Of a stretch of DNA of 64,000 bases, positions 56,215-64,000 are shown in pieces. Source of the stretch: an uncultured Candidatus Saccharibacteria bacterium (GTDB taxonomy: Bacteria; Patescibacteriota; Minisyncoccia; UBA6257; HR35); contig CAZZNB010000045.1 of NCBI GenBank assembly GCA_964655375.1, forward strand, positions 2,015-66,014. Direction: 5' to 3'. The notes below the pieces were generated by a model that saw only the letters and a list, made by a program, of their open reading frames with translations, did not search any database and was not told where the DNA came from. The translations under genes and the position numbers were made by a program. Within the stretch, counting starts at the first letter, position 1. The number at the start of each line of letters is the position of its first letter.

Positions 56215-57070
56215 CACCCTCACCTCCCTTAAGGGTTTCCATTTTTTCTATAAAGTTCATTATATGATGTTTTGGCATTGGATTTATATTTCCATTCAGT
56301 AATACTGGAATTTCTAATCCTCCTAGCCTTTCTACTACACTTTCTCCTAATGGCAATCTATTGCATTGATTTAAATCGATTAAAACTTTTTCTCCTGTTT
56401 TTATTCCATAATCATATAACAAAAATCTTCTCCACCAAGCTATAAATATTTTCATTTCATCAGATAGTTTTGAAGGAGTATAATTTACATGTGGTTTATA
56501 TAAACCTTGATTTCTATGATATTCTTCTATTGACTTGATTAAAGATCGAGCAAATTCTATGCTTGGTTTTTCTACTATATAAGGATAGCCAATAACATCT
56601 ATTAATTCTCTGCCATATCTATAACTTAAAGTTAATAAATTTATAAATTCCTCTGCGACAGGTCTTAACAAGATATCTGCTAATGGCTTTTGTAAATAAT
56701 ATAAATCTTTAATATCATTGAAATATTCAACTATTTCTTTTATACCCCAATATCCTTTTCTTAATATATCTACAAATTCTACTTCTTTTATTTTAAAATT
56801 TGGCTGAATATAACTTTTAATCCAAAAATGAGTACTTTCTGTATCTCTATTCCTATAAAGAGAAGCTATTATTACTCTCTCATATCTTGAATTTCCTAAT
56901 ACATATATGTTTTCATAGAAATTATATATTTCAGGCACTTCCTCTATTTTTTTACCAAATTCTGTTATATACTTTCCATAATTTTCATAATATAGAGATA
57001 GACTATAGTACAATCTTTGCTCTTCAGCTATACTCAACTTATCACAGAAATGAAATAACATAATTTTCAC
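56207..57070 (-). CDS. Hypothetical protein, island operon gene 1
   Basis: 287 aa. ATG at 57070 with GGAGGTG 7 nt upstream (cataattttcacctcc on the plus strand). Confidence 0.45.
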   Translation of the reverse strand: MKIMLFHFCDKLSIAEEQRLYYSLSLYYENYGKYITEFGKKIEEVPEIYNFYENIYVLGNSRYERVIIASLYRNRDTESTHFWIKSYIQPNFKIKEVEFVDILRKGYWGIKEIVEYFNDIKDLYYLQKPLADILLRPVAEEFINLLTLSYRYGRELIDVIGYPYIVEKPSIEFARSLIKSIEEYHRNQGLYKPHVNYTPSKLSDEMKIFIAWWRRFLLYDYGIKTGEKVLIDLNQCNRLPLGESVVERLGGLEIPVLLNGNINPMPKHHIMNFIEKMETLKGGEGDV

Positions 57071-57150
57071 CTCCTTGAAGGTTTCTATTTATATTATAAT
57101 ATAAAGATCAGATTGTGAATTAATTTATTAAGAATTTTTAAATTATAGCA

Positions 57151-57178
57151 TTGACTTAAAATGTATACATTTTATAAT
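57151..57178 (+). promoter_or_regulatory. Consensus promoter (TTGACT-16-TATAAT) about 300 nt upstream of the next gene
   Basis: -35 at 57151-57156, -10 at 57173-57178. No SD-led ORF lies immediately downstream. Confidence 0.4.
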
Positions 57179-57483
57179 AAAAATACCGAACGCCTTGCAG
57201 AGAGATAAATATTGAAAACTACACTAAGTAGTACAAATGCCAGAACAATATATTAAAAAATATACATTATTTTTATAGTGGCTATAAGAACAACCAAATA
57301 GATCTAAGAAAATATACCTATTAAAGACCTAGATATAGACAAGAAGGATTTGGTAATAAAAATAATTTCTTATGCTTTATATGGAAAATAGCATATAATT
57401 TCAAAATCGGAATAAGATAACTTAATACTTCTGTACTTTTTATAGGCTCCATTTTTTATAATAATTTTAAATATAATTTAAAT

Positions 57484-58524
57484 ATGGAAGGATTATATCC
57501 CTCCCCTTTTCCAGAACAACAACCAGAATTGCCGAAAACTAATAGTGGGTATTATGAAACTATTGAAAGATATTTAAAAGGGGTGCTTAATAAATTAAAA
57601 AGCGAATCTTCAGGGCATAGAGGCAAATTTCTTTTGATTATGGGTGAAATTAAACCTTCAAGTGCTATTGATATTGAGATAAAAACTCAAGATGATTTCG
57701 AAAAATATATTGGTGCTTTTTCAAAAGCAGAAGAAGGTTCAGGTTTAGAAAAATATTTAGAATCTCTAAGAAGAGAATGGAGCCAACAAACATTATATGC
57801 TCAAAAACGATATAAACACACTCAAAGAACAATAGAATCTCACTTTTTAGGACAAATTAAAGGAAAATCAGTTGAAAAAATTATCGCTAACTCTTTAATT
57901 AGTCTTAACCCTAAACTTCAAAATATAAAATTTATCGGAGTTCCATTAATAGACGATTTAATAGGCGCTGGAGATATTTATATGACTATTCAATTAGAAA
58001 ATGAATTAATTATTTTTGCTATAGATATAACTTCTTCTATAGAAAAAAGTAGTGTCTTATATAAATTATCTAAAGAAATGGGGAATTATCCTTTCTCTTT
58101 ATCTTCTATCAAAAATAATTTAAATATATACAGAATAGAATTAGCATTAAATGACAAAGAAATTCAATTAAATTTAGATGAAATTAAAGAAATAGTAACC
58201 AGGGGAACAAAATTATTGCAAGAAGAATTAAGAAAATATAACATCAGTCCTGAGGGTATAATACAAAATATTCAAAGATATGAAAATGATCCTAGATTCA
58301 GTCAAGAAATAGACTTAGAAACATTTATTAACTTCTTTGTTGAAAATACAATACTTCGAAATTATAAAGATTTCTTGACAGGTTTATATTGCCTTTATTC
58401 AATAAAATTTATATTAGATTATTCATTTAGAAAATTATCTAAAGATGATAAAGAAATAATAAAAAAATGTTCAGAAGTTATTGAGGAACAATTATCTTTG
58501 CCTCAAAGTTCTACCTTTCATTAG
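57484..58524 (+). CDS. Hypothetical protein
   Basis: 346 aa, no SD (host-like), no motif recognized. Confidence 0.35.
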   Translation: MEGLYPSPFPEQQPELPKTNSGYYETIERYLKGVLNKLKSESSGHRGKFLLIMGEIKPSSAIDIEIKTQDDFEKYIGAFSKAEEGSGLEKYLESLRREWSQQTLYAQKRYKHTQRTIESHFLGQIKGKSVEKIIANSLISLNPKLQNIKFIGVPLIDDLIGAGDIYMTIQLENELIIFAIDITSSIEKSSVLYKLSKEMGNYPFSLSSIKNNLNIYRIELALNDKEIQLNLDEIKEIVTRGTKLLQEELRKYNISPEGIIQNIQRYENDPRFSQEIDLETFINFFVENTILRNYKDFLTGLYCLYSIKFILDYSFRKLSKDDKEIIKKCSEVIEEQLSLPQSSTFH

Positions 58525-58533
58525 TTTTTTAAT

Positions 58534-58562
58534 TTGCAGTTAGTGATTATTTTTAATATAAT
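58534..58562 (+). promoter_or_regulatory. tmRNA promoter (TTGCAG-17-TATAAT)
   Basis: The -10 ends 11 nt before the inferred tmRNA 5' end. Confidence 0.5.
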
Positions 58563-58573
58563 TTTATTTAGAA

Positions 58574-58920
58574 GGGGGTGATAAATGGAATTCGAGGAGG
58601 AAAAAAGGTAAAAGGGGCTGGTGGCTTAGCCCGCCTTAAGGGCTAAAAATAAATGCCAACCAATCCTTTGCCTATGCTTTAAGCTAAGCATAGGGCTTTA
58701 CAGGAATTCAGTGCTAGGCTGGTCCTGTAGGGTGACGGAATCCTAGCTAGAAGTTAAAAGGTTAGAGAGGAGCCTTTTAACTTCGAAATTAAATATTCCT
58801 CTCAGGCCTTAGTCGTTTTGCCGGTTTTTGAGACTAAGGTTCAAATTTAAAAACCGGCTATACCAGTAGAACCTTTTACCTTTTTTTCTTCGACAGGGGT
58901 TCGATTCCCCTCACCTCCAC
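58574..58920 (+). ncRNA. ssrA: tmRNA (SsrA)
   Basis: The 5' end GGGGGUGAUAAAUGGAAUUCGAGGAGG parallels E. coli GGGGCUGAUUCUGGAUUCGACGGG. The 3' end GGGGUUCGAUUCCCCUCACCUCCAC is a tRNA-like T-arm plus acceptor that pairs with the 5' GGGGGUG. The internal reading frame GCC AAC CAA UCC UUU GCC UAU GCU UUA AGC UAA gives a tentative tag ANQSFAYALS. Confidence 0.75.
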
Positions 58921-59014
58921 AATTATTGATTTAAAATCTTAAAAATAAAACTTAAAAATAAAAGACATTAACTTATTTAAGATATTTTGAGATAAATGAG
59001 AAAATTATTTAATT

Positions 59015-60012
59015 TTATAATACTTGTTTTTTAATTTCATTAAATATTTGTTGGGCAATTTTATGATTCTGTTTTAAAAATTCTCTAGCTGATTGGAAAC
59101 TGTTACCTAATTTTAATTCATTAAAAAATAGAGAAGTTCCAGTTTTTTTAATAATCCCGTATTTTTCACCTAAGTTTAATAAATCAGCTTCATAAGATAT
59201 TCCTTCACCATAATATATTTCAAATTCGGCTGTTTTAAATGGAGGGGCAACTTTATTTTTAACAACTCTGGCTTTTACTTTCGTTCCTATAATTTCTTCG
59301 CCTCTTTTAATTTGGCCAACCTTTTTAAGTTCAATTCTTACAGAAGCATAAAATTTTAAAGCCTTTCCTCCTGGAGTGGTTTCTTGAGCACCTACCATTG
59401 CTCCGATTTGAGCTCTAGTTTGATTTAAGAAGATTAAAATTGTTTTAGTTTTAGAAATTAAAGCTGTTAGTTTTCTTAAAGCTTGTGAAAGTAACCTTGC
59501 TTGCAAACCTATAAAATGGTCTCCAATTTCTCCCTCTAATTCTGCCCTTGGCGCTAAAGCAGCAACGGAGTCAACAACAATAACATCAAAAATACCGGAT
59601 TTTACTAATCTCTCTACTAAATTTAAAGCGTCTTCTCCTGAATCCGGTTGAGAAATAATTATTTTTTTAATATCTACACCTATTTTTTTAGCATATTCTG
59701 GATCTAAGGCGTGCTCTACATCAATAAACGCTACATTCCCGCCCTTTTTTTGAGCTTCAGCTATAGTTTCTAGGGCCACTGTTGTTTTACCAGAAGCTTC
59801 TGGTCCAAATATTTCTATGATTCTCCCTCTTGGAAGCCCGCCTACTCCTAAAGCTAAATCTAATGAAGGAGAGCCAGTTGAAATAACTTCAACATCTACT
59901 TTTGGCATTTCTTCTAGTCTCATAACAGCACCTTCGCCAAATTCTTTTTGTAATTCTTTTATTAAACTATCTAAGTCTTCTTTAATTTCTTCTTTTTGTT
60001 TCTTTTTGGTCA
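59015..60012 (-). CDS. recA: Recombinase RecA
   Basis: Walker A GPEASGKTT with full-length RecA similarity (ALDPEYAKKIGVD, FINQ...). The likely start is the internal Met (MTKKKQKEE, 60012) rather than the track start at 60049. Confidence 0.95.
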
Positions 60013-60134
60013 TTAATTTAATTATATTACCCTTTTTGCTTAATAACAATACTATTAATTTTCGTAATTTATCATTAAAAATTTATTATAATATAAAAAA
60101 TTTTTGAATAAAATAGAATAAAATAAATAAAATA

Positions 60135-60659
60135 ATGGAATTAATTAGAGGTTTTTATGAGACAGAGCGAAACTACAATTTACTGATTGATGATTTAGAT
60201 AAATTAATAGAAGACGAGTTGGGAATTGAAACAAAAGTTTTTAATTTAGAAAGAAAAATAGAAAAATTGTCTCAGATTTATGACTTTTTGAGAAGAGAAT
60301 CCGCGAATAAGCTAAAAGATAGTTTTTTATCCGGATTAGTAGATGAAGAGTTTAGAATTAAACCAGATATTTATAGCTCAATTTATGATGAGAGAATATT
60401 AACTTCAGATTCAGAAAAAATTTCGAAGATTGAACAAGAAATAAATGAATATCTAAGTAAATTAGATGAGGATAAAAAATTAAAAAAACAAGTGGGGAAA
60501 TTAAAATCAGCAATTTCTGAGCTTACAAAAGCTCTTTTTTGTGATAAATTATTCGGAGAAAGATTTATAGTAGTAAGAACAAGTTTATATGACAACTATA
60601 TTAACGGTATTGATGAAGTATTTTTAGAGAAAAAACTAAGATCCCTTTTGTCGCTATAG
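60135..60659 (+). CDS. Hypothetical coiled-coil protein
   Basis: 174 aa, no motif. Confidence 0.3.
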   Translation: MELIRGFYETERNYNLLIDDLDKLIEDELGIETKVFNLERKIEKLSQIYDFLRRESANKLKDSFLSGLVDEEFRIKPDIYSSIYDERILTSDSEKISKIEQEINEYLSKLDEDKKLKKQVGKLKSAISELTKALFCDKLFGERFIVVRTSLYDNYINGIDEVFLEKKLRSLLSL

Positions 60660-61260
60660 ATATATCTAATTATGAAAAACTAAAAGAAAAATCTTTTGAT
60701 GTAAGAAAAATAAAAAAAAACAAGGAGTGTTATGGGGTAAAATTTTGGGAGGCAGTTATTTAAAATACGGTTGCCATTTAACAGAAAATAATAAAATAGA
60801 AATAAATGGATTGGTTCAAGTACCGACATTGAGCATTTCCTTAAATTTTGTTGATATTCTAAAAATTATTAAGGCATATCTTGAAAATAATGAAAATGAG
60901 ATAAAAAGAATAGGCAAGGAAATACTGATGCGAGTTTTAGAGTTTTTTTGAAAAAGAGTTCTTTGAGTTTAATGAGCAAAAAGAAATTGTTAATATAAGT
61001 CAATCAGCTATAAATAACTTTTTGAAATATTTCGAACTTTGGATTGTTGAAAAAGATCATATTAATACGTTAAGACAATTTAAAAAAACTCTTACAAATA
61101 TGACGATTGAAGACTTTTTACAATTAGACACAAAAATTTTGTCATTATTTGAACTTACACAATTATATTACGGACTAAAGGCAAACCAAGAAATTAGTAG
61201 ATTTAGATTGGAGCGATTAAAAATAATATATTTAATTTTAAAAGATATAGTTGACTCTCT

Positions 61261-61668
61261 TTAAAAAGGAATCTCCCAAATATCAGAAGGGGGCTCTTCA
61301 AACTCCTTTAATTCCTCAGGAACTTCCTCTATCATCTCTCCTGGTTTAGGACCAAATCGAATTGTTTCTGCGATTATTTCTGTTTGTGATCTTTTTGTAC
61401 CATCAGGCGCTAACCATGTTCTATAATGCAGTCTACCTTCTACAAAAACTAACCTCCCTTTATTTAAATAATCTCTACATAATTCAGCTAATCTTCCCCA
61501 GGCAATAATTCTATGATACTCTGTTTCGGTTTTTTGTTGTCCTGTTCTATCTTTGTAATTTCTGTTTGTAGCTATATTTATTACAGCGATAGGGGTACCA
61601 GAAGGAAGAATTTTAAAATCTACATCCTGGACTAATCTTCCTATTAAAAAAACCTTATTTAAATTCAT
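61261..61668 (-). CDS. ssb: Single-stranded DNA-binding protein
   Basis: N-terminal OB fold NKVFLIGRLVQDVDF...TEYHRIIAWGRLAE and an acidic C-terminal tail ending DIWEIPF. Confidence 0.85.
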   Translation of the reverse strand: MNLNKVFLIGRLVQDVDFKILPSGTPIAVINIATNRNYKDRTGQQKTETEYHRIIAWGRLAELCRDYLNKGRLVFVEGRLHYRTWLAPDGTKRSQTEIIAETIRFGPKPGEMIEEVPEELKEFEEPPSDIWEIPF

Positions 61669-61988
61669 ATTTGTGATACTTGCTCTACTCTCTCTTTATT
61701 ATTTAAAACTTTCCTTTTAACTATTAAGTATCTTAAAACATTTTTAAAGAATTTTAATTCTTCGTTAATTTTAACAGGTGTTTCTTTTTCACCATTAAAT
61801 AAAACATAACCAAAATATCCCATAATCTCTTTTTGAATAGGGTAGGCCATCCTTTTCTTTTTTAATCCACTTTCATAAAAAACACTCCCTTTATATTTTT
61901 GTATTAAATCGATTATTTTCTTCAATTCCTCTTCTGGGTTCGCGTCTATTTTTATCCAAAAAGCTAATTCATAAAAAGGCCCAGTCAT
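61665..61988 (-). CDS. rpsF: 30S ribosomal protein S6
   Basis: 107 aa. YELAFWIKID...KRMAYPIQKEIMGYF matches S6. Classic rpsF-ssb adjacency. Confidence 0.7.
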   Translation of the reverse strand: MTGPFYELAFWIKIDANPEEELKKIIDLIQKYKGSVFYESGLKKKRMAYPIQKEIMGYFGYVLFNGEKETPVKINEELKFFKNVLRYLIVKRKVLNNKERVEQVSQI

Positions 61989-62045
61989 TTTGTTAAGATT
62001 TATTCTAAATTAGATATGTTTGTTTATTATTTTAAATGAAATTTA

Positions 62046-62167
62046 AAGTCCCTTGCAGCACCTACTCTCGCGCCCGAAGGCACTACCATCGGCACTGGGC
62101 CGTTTCACCTGCCTGTTCGGAATGGGAAGGGGTGGTTCCAACCCAGTTATACAGCCACAAGGGACTT
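62046..62167 (-). rRNA. rrf: 5S ribosomal RNA
   Basis: The reverse complement contains CCCAUUCCGAACAGGCAGGUGAAAC, CCAGUGCCGAUGGUAGUG and GCGAGAGUAGG, with terminal helix cccuug/caaggg. Confidence 0.85.
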
Positions 62168-62180
62168 AATAATTATAACA

Positions 62181-62609
62181 TTAAAACAGTTTTTTTACAA
62201 ATAAGATGCTTTTGACTAATTTATCAGCAATTTTGTTTTCTTCTCGAGGAATGATTTTAATCTCTAAATGTGGAAAATCTATTTTTAAATTCCAAAATCT
62301 TATAAATAATTTTTGTAAATTTTCTTCTTTGATTTTGTATTTTCCTAAAAGTTGATTACCAACAAGCTCGCTATCTAAATGCAAAATAACTTTTATATCT
62401 TTTAATTTTTTCTTGCCAAATATTTCCTTTAATTTTTTAAGAGCATAAATAACTGCTAAATATTCAGCTTCATTATTCGTTGCCATGCCAATTTTTGCTT
62501 TGTAATGATTTCTTCTATCTCCAAAATCTATAACAACCCCAATTGCTGCTTCTCCAGGATTATTTAGCGCTCCTCCATCTGTCCAAATTTTTACTTCTTT
62601 CATAATCAA
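62181..62609 (-). CDS. rnhA: Ribonuclease HI
   Basis: 142 aa with the DEDD catalytic residues in context (TDGGALNNPG, NNEAEY, DSELV, NKIADKL). Confidence 0.75.
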   Translation of the reverse strand: MIMKEVKIWTDGGALNNPGEAAIGVVIDFGDRRNHYKAKIGMATNNEAEYLAVIYALKKLKEIFGKKKLKDIKVILHLDSELVGNQLLGKYKIKEENLQKLFIRFWNLKIDFPHLEIKIIPREENKIADKLVKSILFVKKLF

Positions 62610-62749
62610 AATTATATTAAACTTTTATCTAAACGAACTGGATGTTTTAAAAGAATTATTTATTAAATTAAAAAATCAAAGCATCAAGAAAATTTCCTAA
62701 GTAATGTAAGACACAATAATAAAAATTTCTTAAATTTTCTTAAATTAAA

Positions 62750-62803
62750 AAACCCGGAGCGGGTGATTTAGGGCGAGGGGGTCTGAGGGTCATCCCGCTC
62801 CGG
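62750..62803 (-). terminator. Probable rho-independent terminator downstream of nth (long GC stem cccggagcggg/cccgctccggg followed by U-run on the minus strand)
   Basis: 11-bp GC stem with a 31-nt loop. aaaaaa on the plus strand corresponds to UUUUUU after the stem in the minus-strand transcript. Confidence 0.45.
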
Positions 62804-62861
62804 GTTAGAGTGTTAGAGTAAGGAGGGGTTGTCTAGTTTTCTATTATTTATTATACCATTA

Positions 62862-63557
62862 TTATTTCTTTTTGGTAATAAACTTTCTTAAAGGGCAATT
62901 TTTATGTTTACATCTTGCAGAGCAATATTTTCTTCCATAATCTATCAATTTATAGGGCAAATCTCCCCATCTTTTATGTGGCACTATTTCCATTAAATCC
63001 TTTTCTATTTTATCAGGATTTGAATTTTTAGTTAAACCAAATAATCTACTCAGTCTTCTAACATGTGTATCAACAGCAATTCCCTCAGCCTTTTTAAATG
63101 CATTCCATAATATTATATTTGCAGTTTTTCTACCAACACCAGGCAATTTAAGTAATTCTTCCATTGTATCCGGTAAATTTCCATTATATTTTTCTTTTAT
63201 AATCTTTGCTGCTGTAATAATATATTTAGCTTTTTGTTTATATAATCCTAATTTGCTTATATCTTTTGCAAATTCTTTAATATCTGCATTAGCATAATCA
63301 TCTAGAGTTCTGTATTTTTTAAATAAATTTTCTGTAACTTTATTTACAACATCGTCTCTATTTCTAGCAGAAAGAACTACAGCAACATATAATTCCCAAG
63401 GATTAGAAAAATTTAATGCAATTTTAGCTTCAGGTATTAATTTATCAAGTTCAGCGATAATTTTTAATGCTTTTTCTTTTAATTTTTTTATATTTCTTTT
63501 TTCAGTTTTCTTTTTTGATTTTCTAACACTTTTTTTTGGCATTATACTTTTTTCCAA
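62862..63557 (-). CDS. nth: Endonuclease III (HhH-GPD DNA glycosylase with 4Fe-4S cluster)
   Basis: LPGVGRKTANIILW (HhH-GPD motif), catalytic Lys/Asp region DTHVRRL, and C-terminal CSARCKHKNCPLRKF (Cx6Cx2Cx5C). Confidence 0.85.
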   Translation of the reverse strand: MEKSIMPKKSVRKSKKKTEKRNIKKLKEKALKIIAELDKLIPEAKIALNFSNPWELYVAVVLSARNRDDVVNKVTENLFKKYRTLDDYANADIKEFAKDISKLGLYKQKAKYIITAAKIIKEKYNGNLPDTMEELLKLPGVGRKTANIILWNAFKKAEGIAVDTHVRRLSRLFGLTKNSNPDKIEKDLMEIVPHKRWGDLPYKLIDYGRKYCSARCKHKNCPLRKFITKKK

Positions 63558-64000
63558 TTAGTTCTTACTCCATATACTCCATCTTTATATTTTACAATTT
63601 CATAATCTTCAAATAAAATTGGTTCAACTAAATATAGACACAAAAATACTTTGAAAAACAATTCTCTTATTTCAGTTTCTGCAGAAGGGTCAGTTCTCAT
63701 CTCTATGACGTGTCTCCATGCTCTAATATTTGCTGTTACAACTATCGGCGCCTCTGTTTCATTAGTAAATATCGCTCTTGCTGTTTGATTAATTTTCTTT
63801 CTTAATTCTGTTTTTATATGATCATCATCTTTTGTAGCTTTTAATATTTCTAATTCCTCTTTTTCTTGTTTTTCTTTCAAAATTTTGTATATTTCTTCAT
63901 ATTCTTTTTTAATTCTGTCTATTCTTTCTTCAAAAAGTTGATGTAATTTTTCATCATTTTGAAACTCTTTTCTTTCTACAAATCTAATAACTTCATTAGA
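63542..64000 (-). CDS. Hypothetical protein running past the window end (weak ThyX-like C-terminal similarity)
   Basis: The ORF continues without a stop to position 64000 (manual extension gives SNEVIRFVERKEFQNDEKLHQLFEERIDRIKKEYEEIYKI before the track start). RAWRHVIEMRTDPSAETEIRELF is reminiscent of the ThyX RHR...AQxEIR region. Confidence 0.3.
   Translation of the reverse strand, partial: SNEVIRFVERKEFQNDEKLHQLFEERIDRIKKEYEEIYKILKEKQEKEELEILKATKDDDHIKTELRKKINQTARAIFTNETEAPIVVTANIRAWRHVIEMRTDPSAETEIRELFFKVFLCLYLVEPILFEDYEIVKYKDGVYGVRTNWKKV

Noticed and set aside
58574-58920. Possibility that the tmRNA is a permuted two-piece form
   Set aside because: The 5' GGGGGUG pairs directly with the 3' CACCUCC to form a standard acceptor stem, and the order of tRNA-like domain, tag frame and T-arm is collinear, so a one-piece tmRNA fits.
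60727-61264. Two short plus-strand ORFs (74 and 80 aa) between the 174-aa gene and ssb
   Set aside because: No start signals and no motifs. They could be real small proteins but the evidence is insufficient. The position where rpsR (S18) would normally follow ssb is on the other strand and S18 is not encoded here.
62750-62803. GC-rich stem-loop between rnhA and nth as a structured ncRNA (SRP RNA, 6S or riboswitch)
   Set aside because: Too short. No SRP domain IV or other conserved motifs were seen. The stem is followed by a U-run on the nth coding strand, so a terminator explains it. The unusually large C-rich loop keeps a small doubt.
1-64000. CRISPR arrays, integrases, transposases or phage structural genes
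   Set aside because: No regularly spaced direct repeats and no recombinase or capsid/terminase-like proteins were seen in any frame. The two accessory regions therefore lack an obvious mobility gene in this window.

Overview
This window is a very AT-rich bacterial chromosome segment whose host genes lack Shine-Dalgarno (SD) sequences. Most of it is conserved housekeeping: partial folD, glyA, PBP1A, the replication-start gene block (rpmH, dnaA, dnaN, rnpA, yidC), leuS, valS, lysS, infC-rpmI, the ribosomal alpha operon (infA-rpmJ-rpsM-rpsK-rpsD-rpoA-rplQ), a type IV pilus set (two PilB/GspE ATPases, PilC/GspF, a pilin, DsbA), smpB, tmRNA, recA, rpsF-ssb, 5S rRNA, rnhA, nth and five tRNAs. Small genes, no SD and a short rpoA suggest a streamlined CPR-like lineage; this is inference. 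Two accessory regions stand out. (1) A 14 kb minus-strand operon (10065-24024) lies next to tRNA-Thr. It resembles a Gram-positive/MPF-FATA-type type IV secretion system (T4SS): a VirB4-like ATPase split into two ORFs, a VirB6/TcpH-like polytopic protein, a VirB3/PrgI-like 2-TM protein, a membrane-anchored hydrolase-like protein and a 1102-aa secreted coiled-coil protein. No VirD4 coupling ATPase, relaxase or integrase is present. (2) An ~8.7 kb island (about 48420-57100) sits between smpB and the tmRNA gene. Every island gene carries a perfect GGAGGTG SD at 6-9 nt spacing, whereas none of about 30 host genes checked, ribosomal proteins included, has an SD. The island is built from monocistronic promoter-SD-ORF-terminator cassettes. 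It encodes a DHH phosphoesterase, a J-domain protein, small membrane proteins, a zinc-ribbon protein and a 537 bp GC-rich cassette bounded by imperfect inverted repeats. No integrase is visible. The island is the best candidate here for a previously undescribed element. No CRISPR array, transposase or integrase was seen in the window.
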